From assembly GCA_050273025.1 (NCBI GenBank), contig CP158635.1, forward strand, positions 20,832,001 to 20,896,000: 64,000 nt of DNA, given 5' to 3'. Of the stretch, positions 1 through 12,751 are shown one piece after another (the first letter of the stretch is position 1; every line of letters begins with the position of its first letter). Source of the DNA: Cenococcum geophilum. Its lineage: Eukaryota. The notes beneath the pieces were generated by a model. That model searched no databases. It was given only the letters and a program-made list of their open reading frames with translations, and had not been told where the DNA came from. A program made the translations under genes and the position numbers.

Positions 1-32
1 TGACAAGACGTTGAACTGATTGAAATGAACAG

Positions 33-187
33 AGTCTAGGAAGCGAAAGCCATCCATAGATGGCGACGCATCGTTAGGTCAGAGCAAATGCCTCCGAGAA
101 GGCTTTGAAATCAGCGACCCGCTCGAAGATACCACTGCTGGGACGGTTAAGGTACGGCGTAGTACCCGACTGAGAGGAAAGTCATGA
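33..187 (+). CDS. Probable last exon of an un-RIPed gene of unknown function (…SRKRKPSIDGDASLGQSKCLREGFEISDPLEDTTAGTVKVRRSTRLRGKS*)
   Basis: Branch-like CTGAT at 16-20, acceptor CAG at 30-32, open frame to TGA at 185-187; normal CpA/TpG content; basic NLS-like stretches. Confidence 0.5.
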
Positions 188-296
188 CGGTCGTTATCTC
201 GTATCATCCTTTTGTCATTCGCTTAGTATAGGAGATATTTATTACACTTAAAAAACCATGGAATGGATATTAGCAATCTTTCCGACGATAAGTACT

Positions 297-499
297 TGTA
301 AGGGATATTATCACGGTCATCTCGGGAAACCCTCAGGGCAGCCCTCGGGTAGCCCTCGGATGGTCGTCGGTCACGTACCCGTAGTATATAGTCTCCTCGA
401 TCCCAGAGGCCTTATCTCCTTAAGGATTCGTCTCCTCCACAATCTATCTTGTTCCTACAATCGTGCCTTATAGCCCCCTGCCCACAAAGTCCCTTTACG
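297..499. mobile_element. Solo LTR (~203 bp)
   Basis: Begins TGTAAGGGA, ends TCCCTTTACG (short terminal IR); 5-bp TSD GTACT at 292-296 and 500-504; internal TATA-like GTATATAG. Confidence 0.75.
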
Positions 500-557
500 G
501 TACTATAACGGGTAATTTTAATAAATAAAATATTATTATTTATTTGTTCATTGCTTA

Positions 558-1192
558 ATGTCTAATACGGATCCTATGTGGCCCACGCAGACTACTCCGT
601 CACAGGGGGGAAAACTTGTGTATTTACAGGAAGAAAACCCCTGCAGTTGGGGGAGGAAAACCCCTATAAGCCACCTCAGTAGGATGAAAAACCCCGATTT
701 GCCATGTCCGCACGTAGCAGCGGCCCTGCGGGCCTACAGCTACGTCCCGCCTCCTTAGATGTTTTGGACTCCTTGGGAACCACTACTTCCTTTTCCAGCT
801 CATCCAAAGCTGGGCCTTACTACGTCCCAGCTAGGCCTTGCCGATCGATCGCCGTATCTTGTTGTTGTTGCTTCCCATGTTATTATAACCGTCCCCTGTG
901 TACTATCTCTTGTTGACCATTGCCATATACGCCTTGCCTCCCCCCCCTAAGGCCTATTAAAGGCGTAAGGGGGATTCACCCATTTTAATTACCATTTAAT
1001 ACCGAAAGGCGAGCGGGATGTGTATGTGTATGTGCTCTGGGTGTCTTTTATGCCTAGGCCCCGGTTGCTAGGCCCTCCCTATAGAGGCCAAGATATAAGG
1101 AGGAGACAGGGAAAACCGTAGGGGGTTGTTATCTAGGCTGCCAGGCAGTATTACGGCAGCAAAATGGCGAGTGAATGCTCCGCGGGCGATCG
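558..1192 (+). repeat. Left copy of a ~620-bp inverted repeat (partner 48187-48801); candidate long TIR
   Basis: TA|ATGTCTAATACGGATCCTATGTGGCCCACGCAGACTACTCCG… aligns collinearly with the reverse complement of 48187-48801 up to ATGCTCCGCGGGCGATCG. Confidence 0.9.
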
Positions 1193-1391
1193 GTGCCGGT
1201 TACGTTGCTTATGGAACTAAATCCTAGCGCGCATTTGTAATATGCTCGCCCCATAGTAATTTAGTACGTGCGCACCATCGCGCCCATAACGCGTCGGATG
1301 TTAAAACAATACCTTGCCCTCGCCATTAAACTTAAAGCTTTTGATCCTTATACAAATCCTCTATCGCGATTAAATCTTAGAGGAGTTTGCA

Positions 1392-3130
1392 ATGCCTTAT
1401 AGACGCACACCCGCTTCTACCCCCCCTACTACTACTAGCGGCAGCAGCGCTTACCTAATTCTTTATATACCTAACGATATTACTAATTAGAGGTATGCTT
1501 TCTTTACCCTCTAGCAGAACCTTTATTTAAGCGTTAAATAGTTTAACTAGCTCTAGCCTTATATAACAAACCAGTAGTCTAATTAGGGTAAAATATATAA
1601 TAAGTATTCTATTAACTATATTTTTAAATATTACTTCTAGTATAAGCAGCAGCTAAAAAGCAGAGGAGAAGGTATTTATTTACGCTTAATTTAAACCGCT
1701 AATTTATGCGGTATAGTATATAAGGTAGTGTAAGCTTTGCAGTGCGAAGAATTGAATGAACGACTTGATTGTGAATGTAGCTCTAGAGGCTCTATATATA
1801 CACGAAGAAGGTAGAAGTAATGGGGTAATAGATAGCTGAAATGGGAACGGTAATCTGCCACCAATATTGATCTGCAACCAATATATTGGGTGGCGTTGAC
1901 GCCGTCTTGGAGCCTTCCAAGCGGTGATCTTGTGTCTCAGCGTAGTGTCGGTAGTCGGTTACAGGTAGTATATAATTATCTAGCTAGGTAAGCAGAAGGT
2001 AGGGCGTTATTTTTAATTACTATTACTAAAATAAGGAAGTTGTGCTCCAAATATAATTATTCCTTAAAGGATATTAATACGTTTAAACGGCTAGAGGCTC
2101 TTATATAAGCTACTGCTACTAAGGTATTAAAAAACTATTAGTACTATAAGGTTGCTATTATAATTAAAGCACCCTATATACCTAAAGCTAAGCAGCGACT
2201 TTATAACGCTAAAGGCCTATATTTTAACTAGTAAGACGTTAAAAACGCTAGAAGACACTAGAAGAAGGCAAATCCAGATATATATTAGGTTAGTAACTTA
2301 TTTCCTATTAATATATAAGAGCTAGAGGCTTTTAACTAGCTTAATAATTAACCTAGTAAGTAGCTCTAGGGTTAGATTTAGTAAGCCTTAGTATACGGAA
2401 CTTGCCGAACTTCTTTATTTAAGTATATTATGTTAAAATCTAACTTTTAATAGAACAGTATATATCTGCTAAAATTACTATAAACTGTTCTTACGATAGT
2501 ATAGAGTTTTAGGGTATTATATTTACCTATCCTAATTAAGTTAAAACCCTCTAGCTACGTGGCCACCTTATACTTATAGATGCCACGCATAAGATAAACT
2601 GGCTTAAATAGCTACTCTATACTATTATAGTTTGTAATAAACATGGTTGCTAAGTACTAGGTAGATATTTTTTTACTAAAAAGGAAGATGGTAATATTGT
2701 AGTTAAAGCGTTAAAAGTGTTTAAGTAATAGTATTCGCTCTAGCAGATGCTAGTTAATATAGCAATTACTAATAAATAGTAATTAGGTATAGTGGGTATA
2801 GAGGCTAGTAACCTCACTATATACTTACTAACAACTCTACTACTAAGATAATAGCAGTTTAATAAGCCTTTAAGCCTTTTATAGACGCAGATCTTATTAT
2901 AGATTATCTACTTTATATAGTACACTTAAAACGGACGCTTAAATATAACTTTGCTAGTAAGAAGTACGCCAAAGTTCTATACTATATAATTATCGCCCTA
3001 AAGTTTTAATCAAGTATATATAAATATTACAATAGTTTAAGGGAGGCAATTAAGATTTTAGAGCGTAGGAAGGACTATAAGAAGTTTAACTATCTTATTA
3101 AGGAGTAGTGGGACTCTAGTAATACCTAGG
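1392..3130 (+). pseudogene. RIP-inactivated Mutator-like (MULE) DDE transposase, interrupted by a solo LTR and 3'-truncated
   Basis: De-RIPed motifs HDHSLEDIDAFKR (~2050), LMDATHKTNWLKWLLYTIMVRDEHG (~2573-2650), TDDSAxE (~2827), LCTVHSERT (~2911), YLIKEWWDS (~3090). Confidence 0.85.
1729..1963. mobile_element. Solo LTR (235 bp) inserted in the MULE transposase; little RIP
   Basis: TGTAA…TTACA ends; 5-bp TSD GGTAG at 1724-1728 and 1964-1968. Confidence 0.9.
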
Positions 3131-3540
3131 TGCCTAAAAGCATAGTTTTTTTTACAAGACTTTAGATGCTGCCAAAAATAGGGCAGTGCCCCTTTAACGG
3201 GGTAAGCTGGGTAAGTTAGGTAATGCAACACTAAGTATAGGTAACGATGCTTACTCTTGCTCACCCTCGCTTACTTATATGCAACTTATTATACAGTTAC
3301 TTACCTACTACCCACTTACCGTCACCTAGCCTTACCCTATAGCCCAAACCGACCTCCTTTTAAAGCGCTAATTTAGACTATAGAGGAAAGGATCCTAAGA
3401 AAGGGGGTCTGTAACTTTCCTATCTTTCCCCTCAAAATGTTACAAATAGCCTCCAGCTCCATTTGCTCCTCTCCATTACTTCCTACGCAATCTTTATTAA
3501 TAATCCTTTTACATTCTAGTTTGTGTTGCGTTATATAACT

Positions 3541-6500
3541 ATAGCCTTAGCTGTTTATAGCTAAATAGAAACCTACTACCTATAAACGCTAGGTACGCGC
3601 TACAGCTAATAGCTACTAAAGGGGAGCTTACCGAGAGAGGGATTCTGTAAAGGATAAAAACAAATATATTAAAGTAACCGAAGAACTTTAAGACTAGGCT
3701 TTAATCCTATATAAGGAGTAGGTAGACTATAAAACACATTTAAGAACTATGCTAACTTTAAGAAAATAGATAGATGGCAGCGGATAGTAATAATAAGGGG
3801 GAGTGCCTTGCTAAAGGAGCGTAAGCTCCCAACCTAGCGACCATTAAGGATTTTATTCGCTTCTATATTAAAACCTTAAAAAGATAAATCTCTCTTAACC
3901 CTATCTAATTATTAGTGTTAAATTTTGTGGAAAGATTTTTTAGTAGCTTTAAGCGGCTTATTAACACTAAAATTAATATATAGGATAGGAGTAATGTTTT
4001 CCATATAAGTGTCTCTCGTAGTATTTACAAAATAATATCGCTAACCTACAATACTGCTAGTGGATCTATAACACTCTTATTAAAAATAGCACTATTAAGT
4101 ATATAGAAAGGCCAAAACATAATTTTGTAAAGCAGAATCTTATTAACCTCCTTAACTCTATATAGGCTATAGATAATCCTAAATTTATCTATAAACGCTA
4201 TAGAGTTTAGCTTATATTCGCTATTTTAAGTTTCTATTTTTCTAGAGCAAGAATTAGCGCTTTTATTCCTAAGCCATTATAGAAAGATAGAGGCATACGC
4301 TATAAAGTAGGTAATATCTAGTATTAATTTTAAGCCATGTCTAACTTTTTAGGATATTAAAAATTTTCTTTAGTGCGTTCCGGACGGCTAGATTATAAGT
4401 TATTAACTTAACTAGCGTTTTATAAAAAACAATTAAAATCCGAAATTTATAAAGTACTATACTCCCTAGCTACTTTACTTATTTTGGCAAGCAAGCTAAT
4501 AATAGGGCTACTTAGGTTTGGAATTCCATTTATAAAGAACAAAGTCCTTAGATTTAACGCCGCGCTATTCCTTCTAGCACTCACATTTGCAAACAATATA
4601 CTCTTTAGGTATAATTCTTTAGCAAATTTATAGGAGTAAGAAATTATCTCTAGTAAGGATAAGGTAGTTCCTTAATAAAAAGAAGAGGCCTTAGAGAAAC
4701 CAGTAATGCGGATAATCTTTACAAATAGATATATTTCTAAAGACGCGCCGTTTAATAATATAGTCTTTTATAAGCTATTATAACTAGCCTTAGAGAACTT
4801 AGGGTTTTTTAGGCGTATTACTGTTTACTTAATATGTTAAGGTTTAGCAAATAAAGTTAATAGTAAGTTAATATCCAGTCAGATCCTTTCTTTTATTATA
4901 TTTACGCTAATTACCTACATTTAATTTACTAACTATTTCTTTAAAAACGGCAACTAAGGCTAAACAGTCACAGCTTTTAAATTAAAAAGACCCTAAAATT
5001 TATAGCTAGGCTTATATCGCTAATATTACGGCAGTAAATATAATAGTAATATATTTGGACAAGCTAGCTAAGACTCGGCATATTAAATATCTTTAGGGCC
5101 CTAGGAGGTACCAAGAATAAAGTCTTTTAATTATTCTGCTAGCTAAAATAGAAAAATCTATTTCGTATAATCTGGAACTTATAGGGCTAAAGAGAAAGGC
5201 CTAATAGCTAAAACTAAGCGGTGCTAATAAGAGCAAAATATCTAATATAAAATTGGAGCTTAGACTCCGTTATAAACAAATTAGGAAAAAAGCTTATTAT
5301 TAGTACCAACAGGACTAGGTATATAAGAGAAGGGATTAAAAGATTCTATCTTAAGGGAAAGAGCTTCTAAAAGATCCTACTAAGACCAATATTATTAGGG
5401 ATATCTTTAGAGTTATGCCAGAGCGTGCCCGTATCGCTAAAATATAAAAATCTACGAAAGCATTATTAAAGAAAGAGAAGCTAAGGGTAGTTAAAGATCT
5501 CCTTTCCTTATATAAGCAAGACCTATAAATTATCTACTAACTAGAAGAAGAGCCAATTAATAAAAAGTATCCAATTAAAGGTTGCGGTAAGCATATATAA
5601 AAGTTGCCACTATCTACTACCTAAAGCTCTACTATAATACTAATTAGTATAGTCTTTAAAAACCGCAACGAAGTAGTTATATCTATAGTTACTACCGTAG
5701 GGAACTTACTATAAGGCTTAGCCGAAAGGAATATAAGCTAATTTATTACTTCCTATACTTTAAATAGTTTAGTAATAAGTAAAAATAGAAAACGTACTAC
5801 TAAAATCATCTTACATCTATGGAGTCGTTTAGGTGTAAGATTACGACATATTAATATACCCTTATTCATACCGGGTACTATACCTTTTACCTCTATAATG
5901 CCGGACTTTTAGTATTATTAAGAATGCGGTAGTAAATAAGAAGTACTAAGTTATAGGATTATATAGAGATCTATATCAATAACTATACCTAGCCCTCTCC
6001 TTACCTGGATAATTGGTATAAAACCTTAAATAGTACAGCGTTATATCGCTATTATCTAAGCGATTTTTATAGTTTCTAGCGGTATATTTTAAACTGTTAC
6101 AAAAACAGAGATTATCTTAAAGAGGATAAGGTAGATGGCGACCTTAAAGATAAAATTAAGACAGCTTAGAAACGTAAGAGGAATAATATAAGTTAAGGCC
6201 TAAGTAAACGGAGGTTAGAATCCCCGGACAAAAAAAAGCAGATAAGAATAGATTCTATATATTTTATTAAGTGGCACCCTTTCTAGTTCAATAACCTGCG
6301 GAGTAAAAGTATAGGTCTATACCCCACTCTAGCGTTTAAGACCACCTCTATACCACCTTATAGTATAAGCGTTATAAGCAATAAGAGTTCTTAAAGTCTT
6401 CCTAGCTTAGACCTCTATAAATTAAATACAGCCTTTAAAACCAAGATTTTAGGAAATAAAGATGCGATTAATAAGGATAAGATTAATCTATATTTAAGAT

Positions 6501-6600
6501 AGTAGCCTATAAGCTCTATACCTAACCATCCTATTAGTTTATACGGTTATACTATACTAAAAGAGTATTTAACCTTAAAAGTTATAGATTTAATATTATT
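3541..6600 (+). pseudogene. RIP-inactivated DUF3435 tyrosine recombinase (Starship 'captain'-like), multi-exon, with C-terminal Cys/His fingers
   Basis: De-RIPed PDLATIKDFIRFY (~3828), NFAERFFSGF (~3920), RPKHNF (~4109), DDPKFIHERYRVQ…SGARIGA (~4172-4260), TVHSxRxGLANKVD (~4820), YGQAYIAN (~5001), CFLCFEW…HCQNHL and CHTLIxxGYCxFCL (~5745-5895); several GT…AG introns. Confidence 0.85.
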
Positions 6601-6610
6601 AGACTAATAA

Positions 6611-6737
6611 TGTGAGGTGATAAGCTCCGCACCACTCAGCCACACAAACCCACAAAAGGTAAACGAGTGACTGGCTTGATGCCAGACACGGCTGTGCGGA
6701 ACAATATATATAGGCGAGGTGACTTCGTCACCTGATA
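6611..6737. mobile_element. Small solo-LTR-like insertion (127 bp), largely un-RIPed
   Basis: TG start, …CCTGATA end (CA after reversing RIP), AATAA direct repeat on both sides; GC-richer than the flanks. Confidence 0.55.
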
Positions 6738-9219
6738 AATAAAGACCTATTTTTATATATTCTATTTTTATGGTTTTAGTTTATATAATATTCTATCTAT
6801 ATATTTATAATATAAGAGCTACCTTATATAGCTTATAAATTTTAGATAAAAGATCAGATATATAAAATATGTATATTAACTTATTATTTAATACCTATTT
6901 TAAAAATGGCACTATCCTTAGTACCCCATTAACTTCAGTATACCTAGCGGCCGCAGCTATCTTAAGTGCAAATTAGGTAGGTAAACTCCACCTATTAATA
7001 TTATTAAGAATTATAATAATAGTTATAGTATATCCAGTTACTATAGCTACCTCTAACATTTTTCCTAACTGCTAGGTTTAGGAGCCTATGTTCTAGCCCA
7101 TCTTATCTTTAAATATCCCACTAACAATCCCGCTATCGCGGCTATTATTAAAACTTCTCCTAACTCCTAAATCCGACCCTAGAAAGTATAGCCCTTAATA
7201 TTATTAAGAGAACTAGTAAGAGCTTAAAGACTTTTATAGGAGCCCGTTTTGCGGCTTAGCATATAACACTTTATCAGCTATTCTAATTAAGGTTTCTATA
7301 AAAAGCGGCCAATAAAAACCGCCACGTAAAAAAAACCCAATATAATGTAGTAATATAGCCACTTAAGATATAAATGAATTTAAGACTTATTCTATATACT
7401 TACTAAGCTATTACTATACTAACTTACACTTAATTTAGTATAAGAAATTAATCTAACCCTAGGCCTTACCAGTTAGGTAGGGGTATAAACTCTAACTTAG
7501 ACTTTACTTCCTATATAGCCTAGTAAGAGCTAATTACAAATTTTCTAAAATAATCTGCAATCTACGCCCAATCGTTTATTATCTGCTGTATTTATTAAAT
7601 ATTAGCTTAAGCTGCCTAGAGTACAGGTCTTAGTTTATTTACTTCCTCCTCTACATATCCTTTTAATTTAAACTCTTTAATTACCTAATCCCGCCAATAA
7701 TTAAGCTTAATAGTTAATCTACTATTCTCTACTTCTAATTTTTTAATCTTCCTTAAAAAGCTTACGTCTTCTTACTAAGAAGTATCCTTCTCTAAATAAT
7801 CTAAATAATATATAGATGTACTAGCAGGAACAGCTTTAAACGATATACCTATATTACGGCATAGTTCTATATACGCTCTAATTAAATACTTACTTATATG
7901 TTTTTTTTATAAATAAATACCACTTTTTAGGCAGAAATGTCTAATTATAAGGATTATCGGGACCTGTAATTAGACGGACTTATAATAGTTTAATTAAAAT
8001 CCCTAATTTACTAGCTTTAAGACTTAATTAGTAACTTAAGTCCGCTAGTTAAAAGTTCTATACCCTTATAAATATGTTTAGATAACTGTTGTTAATATTA
8101 AGCCCCCTACTTAGCACGCTTAAGGTTTGCTCTTTAAGGCAGAGCCATTTTAGGGTTAAATTTTTTATTTTGTTTATGTATAGGCCCCCCAAAATTTAAG
8201 TATCCCAAAATAGCTAGCGGCAAAATTGGCTTTAGCTAGAATCTACTAACTTCCTACTATACTAACTATAGAAGCGTATTTTATAAAGCAGAAGGGAGCC
8301 AGAATAAAGCCCTTCTAAAAATAGTAACTAGTTAACTCAAAATCACTTACTATACTACTTTAGCCGACCCCTTACTATAGACAACTAATGCTCTATTTCT
8401 GGTGCGTAGAATTTATAATAGTAACCGAGCACCAATAAGCAAAAGCTATAAAGCCTAGGTATACTCTAAATATATAATTACTTATAAAACTAGCTTTTGC
8501 CTTAACGCACCTAAGACTAGAGTTGTTATATTCTTAGTAAACGCTAGTGTTCTTATATGGATTATATTACCGTAGCCTAAGGTTACCTATTACTAAGTTA
8601 ACTAAAGCGCACAAAAAATCTTAACGCGGACTAAGCTCGCAATAATTATAGTCTAACTTTACAATACGGCCTAACTTATTATATAACATACGGCTATATC
8701 TACGTCGCAGAATTCTCTAAAAGAATATTATATTACACTACCTTTAAGCGTTATAGATGTAGATACGCCTTTAACGCCTCCGCTAACTAACAATAATTGT
8801 CTCGTTCCCAGACCTTCTTGCCAAGGCTTACCTTGCCAAGACGCTAGCCGCTTTTGGCAAGACCTTCGTTAGAAGGTCTGGTACACGGTTCGGATTTTTA
8901 TTAGTCCCGCGCGGGGTATTTAGGCCTATATACACCTACTTTAAGCCAAATTATCTCAACTCTTATAGCTCCCTAAGCTATTCCTAATAGCTAGAATTAC
9001 CAAAGCAAACCTGGCGAAGAAGACTACGTTGCCTGATTTGCCCGATTCTAATTCGTTATCTCGTTGTCGCGCCCGACGCCCCCAAGTCGTAGCAGCCCAC
9101 GACCACCGCCGCCCTCTTCCTACTGTAGCCAGAGTACCCAAACCGACGAGCCAGCTTTAAATAATAACTAAGGACTACTAGCAGGTATAGATTTGCTTTA
9201 TAGAAGGGGGTAAGCTTTA

Positions 9220-10082
9220 GGTAGAGCCTCGCGCAGAGCTTTAATAAAGCCTTATGTAGAGCTTTAGTAGAGGCTTACGCAGAGCCCTACGCAGAGCTCC
9301 GCGTAGAGCTTCGTGCAGAGCTTCTGCAGAGCTTCGTGCAGAGCTTCGTGCAGAGCTTTGTGCAGAGCTTTATGCAGAGCCTCCGTACGCAGAGCTTCGT
9401 GCAGAGCTTCATGCAGAGCTTTATGCAGAGCCTCCGTACGCAGAGCTTCGTGCAGAGCTTCATGCAGAGCTTTATGCAGAGCCTCCGTACGCAGAGCTTC
9501 GTGCAGAGCCTCCGTACGCAGAGCTTCGTGCAGAGCCTCCGTACGCAGAGCTTCGTGCAGAGCCTCCGTACGCAGAGCTTCGTGCAGAGCCTCCGTACGC
9601 AGAGCTTCGTGCAGAGCCTCCGTACGCAGAGCTTCGTGCAGAGCCTCCGTACGCAGAGCTTCGTGCAGAGCTTCGTGCAGAGCTTCGTGCAGAGCTTCGT
9701 GCAGAGCTTCGTGCAGAGCTTCGTGCAGAGCCTCGTGCAGAGCCTCGTGCAGAGCCTCTGCAGAGCTTCCTGCAGAGCTTCGAGCAGAACTTCGAGCAGA
9801 GCTTCGTGCAGAGCCCCGTGCAGAGCTTCGTGCAGAGCCTCATACAGAGCTTCGTGCAGAGCCTCGTGCAGAGCTTTGAGCAGAGCCTTATGTAGAGCTT
9901 TAAAGAGCTTTAAGCAGAGCTTTAAGCAGAGCTTCGAGTAGAGCTTTAAGTAGAGCTTTAAGCGGAGCTTTATATAGAGCCTTGTATAGAGCTTTATATA
10001 GAGTCTTATATAGAACTTTATATAGAGCCTTATATAGAGCCTTATATAGAGCTTTATATAGAGCTTTATATAGAGCTTTATA
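9220..10082 (+). repeat. 12-bp-based minisatellite (CAGAGCTTCGTG with CAGAGCCTCCGTACG variants)
   Basis: Directly visible tandem array; edge units are RIPed to TAGAGCTTTATA. Confidence 0.95.
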
Positions 10083-10189
10083 TAAATATATAGGCGTATA
10101 GATATATATTTTTATACTAGTAATTAATTATAAAATTTATAGAAATATTTATATAGAAAATTATATAGATATTTATTTATTTATTTATA

Positions 10190-11285
10190 GTAAGGCTAAT
10201 AATACTATACGGCTCCTAGATCTAGGGCCCAGGACTAGGTAGTAAGGTATTAATAAAAAGTTCCTTAGCGCTATTAGCTAAGCTATAAAACTAGTACCTA
10301 TATAGAACTATAAGGGTTTATAAGAGAACACTACGCGCCATACTAGAATATAAAGTAGTAGTTTTACTAGTAGACTTATATTAATATAACTACTATATAG
10401 AGAATAGTTATAGTATAAGGCTACCTAGTAAAAGAAAATATATACTAAATACTAAAACGTATATAAGGAATAAGACGTATATAAGGATCGAAGGCCCCTT
10501 AAAGAGGCAATACGCCTAAATATACTAGCTAGGAAGCTCTCTACCTATAGGTAGTAAAGAGAGAAAAGAAAATATAAAAACTATTAGCTTACTAGGCGGA
10601 GACCTAGCGCCGTATTAATAGAGTACTACTATAGTAATAGAGGATAAGAGGCTATTAGTATAGATAGAGATCTACCATACTTATTATAAAATAGGTAGAC
10701 CTTAAATAGAAGGAGGTAGTGAAAATATAAGACGTAGCTATATAGAATACCCTATAGTTAATACTAATACTCCTCCTATATAAAGGACTAATAAAGGTAA
10801 AATCTATAGCCGCTTTCCTACTATAGATAGAGATTTTAAGCCTAAATATATAGCTAGTAAGTATTTATATTCTAAATATTATACCTTAATACACTTATAG
10901 ATAGCCTATTTAGTTAGTATACTATATACTACTTTTCTATAGCTACTACTTACTAAGGTATTAGCTATTTACTAGTATAGGTATAAATAATATTACTTAT
11001 ACTCTCTATAAGTAGGGGCCTATAAGTAGTATTAAAATAGCTTATAGGCTAAGGAGTTTTTAGTAGTTCTAAATAGTATATAAGATTTAATAGGAGGACA
11101 CTAAAGGATATACCCCTTTTAGCCCCTTAGAGACTAAATACCGCTGCTTAGCTATAAGTAGTATGCTAATAAATTACCAAATACTTCTACTGCCCCCTCT
11201 AGATCTTCTAATATACCTAAAAAGTATAGTATATAAGGTAGACCTAAAGATATAAAGATATATTAGTTTAGTAAAGGTAGAATAT
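10190..11285 (+). mobile_element. RIPed Tad1-like LINE fragment (ORF2 C-terminal part)
   Basis: De-RIPed VRPTMLYGSQIWG…LAKLQNQCLRRTMGAYKRTP…; homologous to the three other copies in 11288-16893. Confidence 0.8.
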
Positions 11286-11287
11286 AT

Positions 11288-12750
11288 AAAACTAATATAT
11301 TTTTATATCTTTAGGTCTGCCTTATATACTATATTTTTTAGGTATATTAGAAGATTTAGGGGGGGTAGTAGAAGTATCTAGTAATTCGCTAGCGTACTAC
11401 CTACTACTAGGTAGGGGTATTTAGTCTTTAAGGGGCTAAAAAAGGGCGTACCCTTTAGTATCCTTCTATTAGATCTTATATACTATTTAGAACTATTAAA
11501 GAACTTTTTAGCCTATAAGCTATCTTATTACTACCTATATACCTTTACTTATAGAGAGTATTTAGGTAATATTGTTTATACCTATACTAGTAAGTAGCTA
11601 GTCCCTTACTAAGCGGTAACTATAGAATAGTAATATATAGCGTACTAACTAAATAGGCCACCCATATATATTAAGGTAAGGTATTTAAAATATGGATGCT
11701 TATTAGTTATATATTTAGGCCTAAACCCTTTATCTATAGTAGAAAGGCGACTATAGATTTTATCTTTATTAGTATTAACTATAGGGTGTTCTTTATAGCT
11801 GCGTCTTATATTTTTACTACCTTCTTCTATTATTGCTTTTATTTAAGATCTGCCTATCTTATAATTAGTATAGTAGATTTCTATCTATATTAGTAACCTT
11901 TTATCCTTTATTACCATTATAGCGCTCTACTAGTATTGTATTAGGTCTTTGCCTAGTAAGCTAATAGTTTCTATATTTCCTTTTCTCTCTTTACTACTTA
12001 TAAGTAGTAGGCTTCCTAGCTAGTATATTTAGGCGTATTACCTCTTTAAGGGGCTATCGCTCCTTATATATATTTTAGTATTTAGTATATATTTTCTTCT
12101 ACTAGGTAGCCTTATACTATAACTACTCTCTATATAGTAGTTAAGTTACTATATAAGTCTAGTAGTAGAACTACTACTTCGCGTTCTAGTATAGCGCGTA
12201 ATATTCTTTTATAGGCCCTTATAGTTCTATATAGGTACTAGTTTTATAGCTTAGCTAGTAGCGCTAAGGAGCTTTTTACTAGTACCTTACCGCCTAGTCC
12301 TAAGCCCTAGATTTAGGAGCCGTATAGCATTATTAGCCTTACTACTACTATATATAGTAGACGTATATATTTAAAAGAGGGTCCTTATATTAAAGTAGTA
12401 ATTTATAATACTACTAAAAATACTACTACTTCTCTATAAGTCGCCTATATAATATACTTGTTTTAGTTTAACCTAGAGTCTATCTAAACCCCTAAAACCT
12501 TAAGGGTAGCTTCTAGTTTTACTTCGCAGCTCTAGATATTTACTATTAAGGCTAGGTCGCTACTTACCCTTTTTTCCCTTATAAAGTAAATAAGCTAGTA
12601 ATTATTTAGTACGAATTTAGCGCTATATTGTTTTGCCTATATAATATACCTATTATATACCTAGTTTAGCCTAGTATTGTTTTCTACTACTATATTTCCC
12701 TATATAATTAAGCTTATATTATCTATATATTTTAGGACTATTATATCCTA
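11288..12750 (-). mobile_element. RIPed LINE fragment (late RT to C-terminal region), inverted relative to 10190-11285
   Basis: Minus strand WARQHGAKFAP…LKVLGVQMDSRLNW…ITASTWGPSF…LLYTAVVRP. Confidence 0.8.
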
Positions 12751-12751
12751 G

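Noticed and set aside
258..950. Four short ORFs from the track
   Set aside because: They lie inside a solo LTR and the long inverted repeat, with no recognisable protein motifs
6900..8200. Gene-like RIPed sequence downstream of the captain
   Set aside because: Looks coding but I could not recognise a domain or fix the strand and limits
9313..9941. 188-201 aa ORFs (RASCRAS…, QSFVQSF…)
   Set aside because: Open in several frames and on both strands only because the 12/15-bp repeat units lack stops
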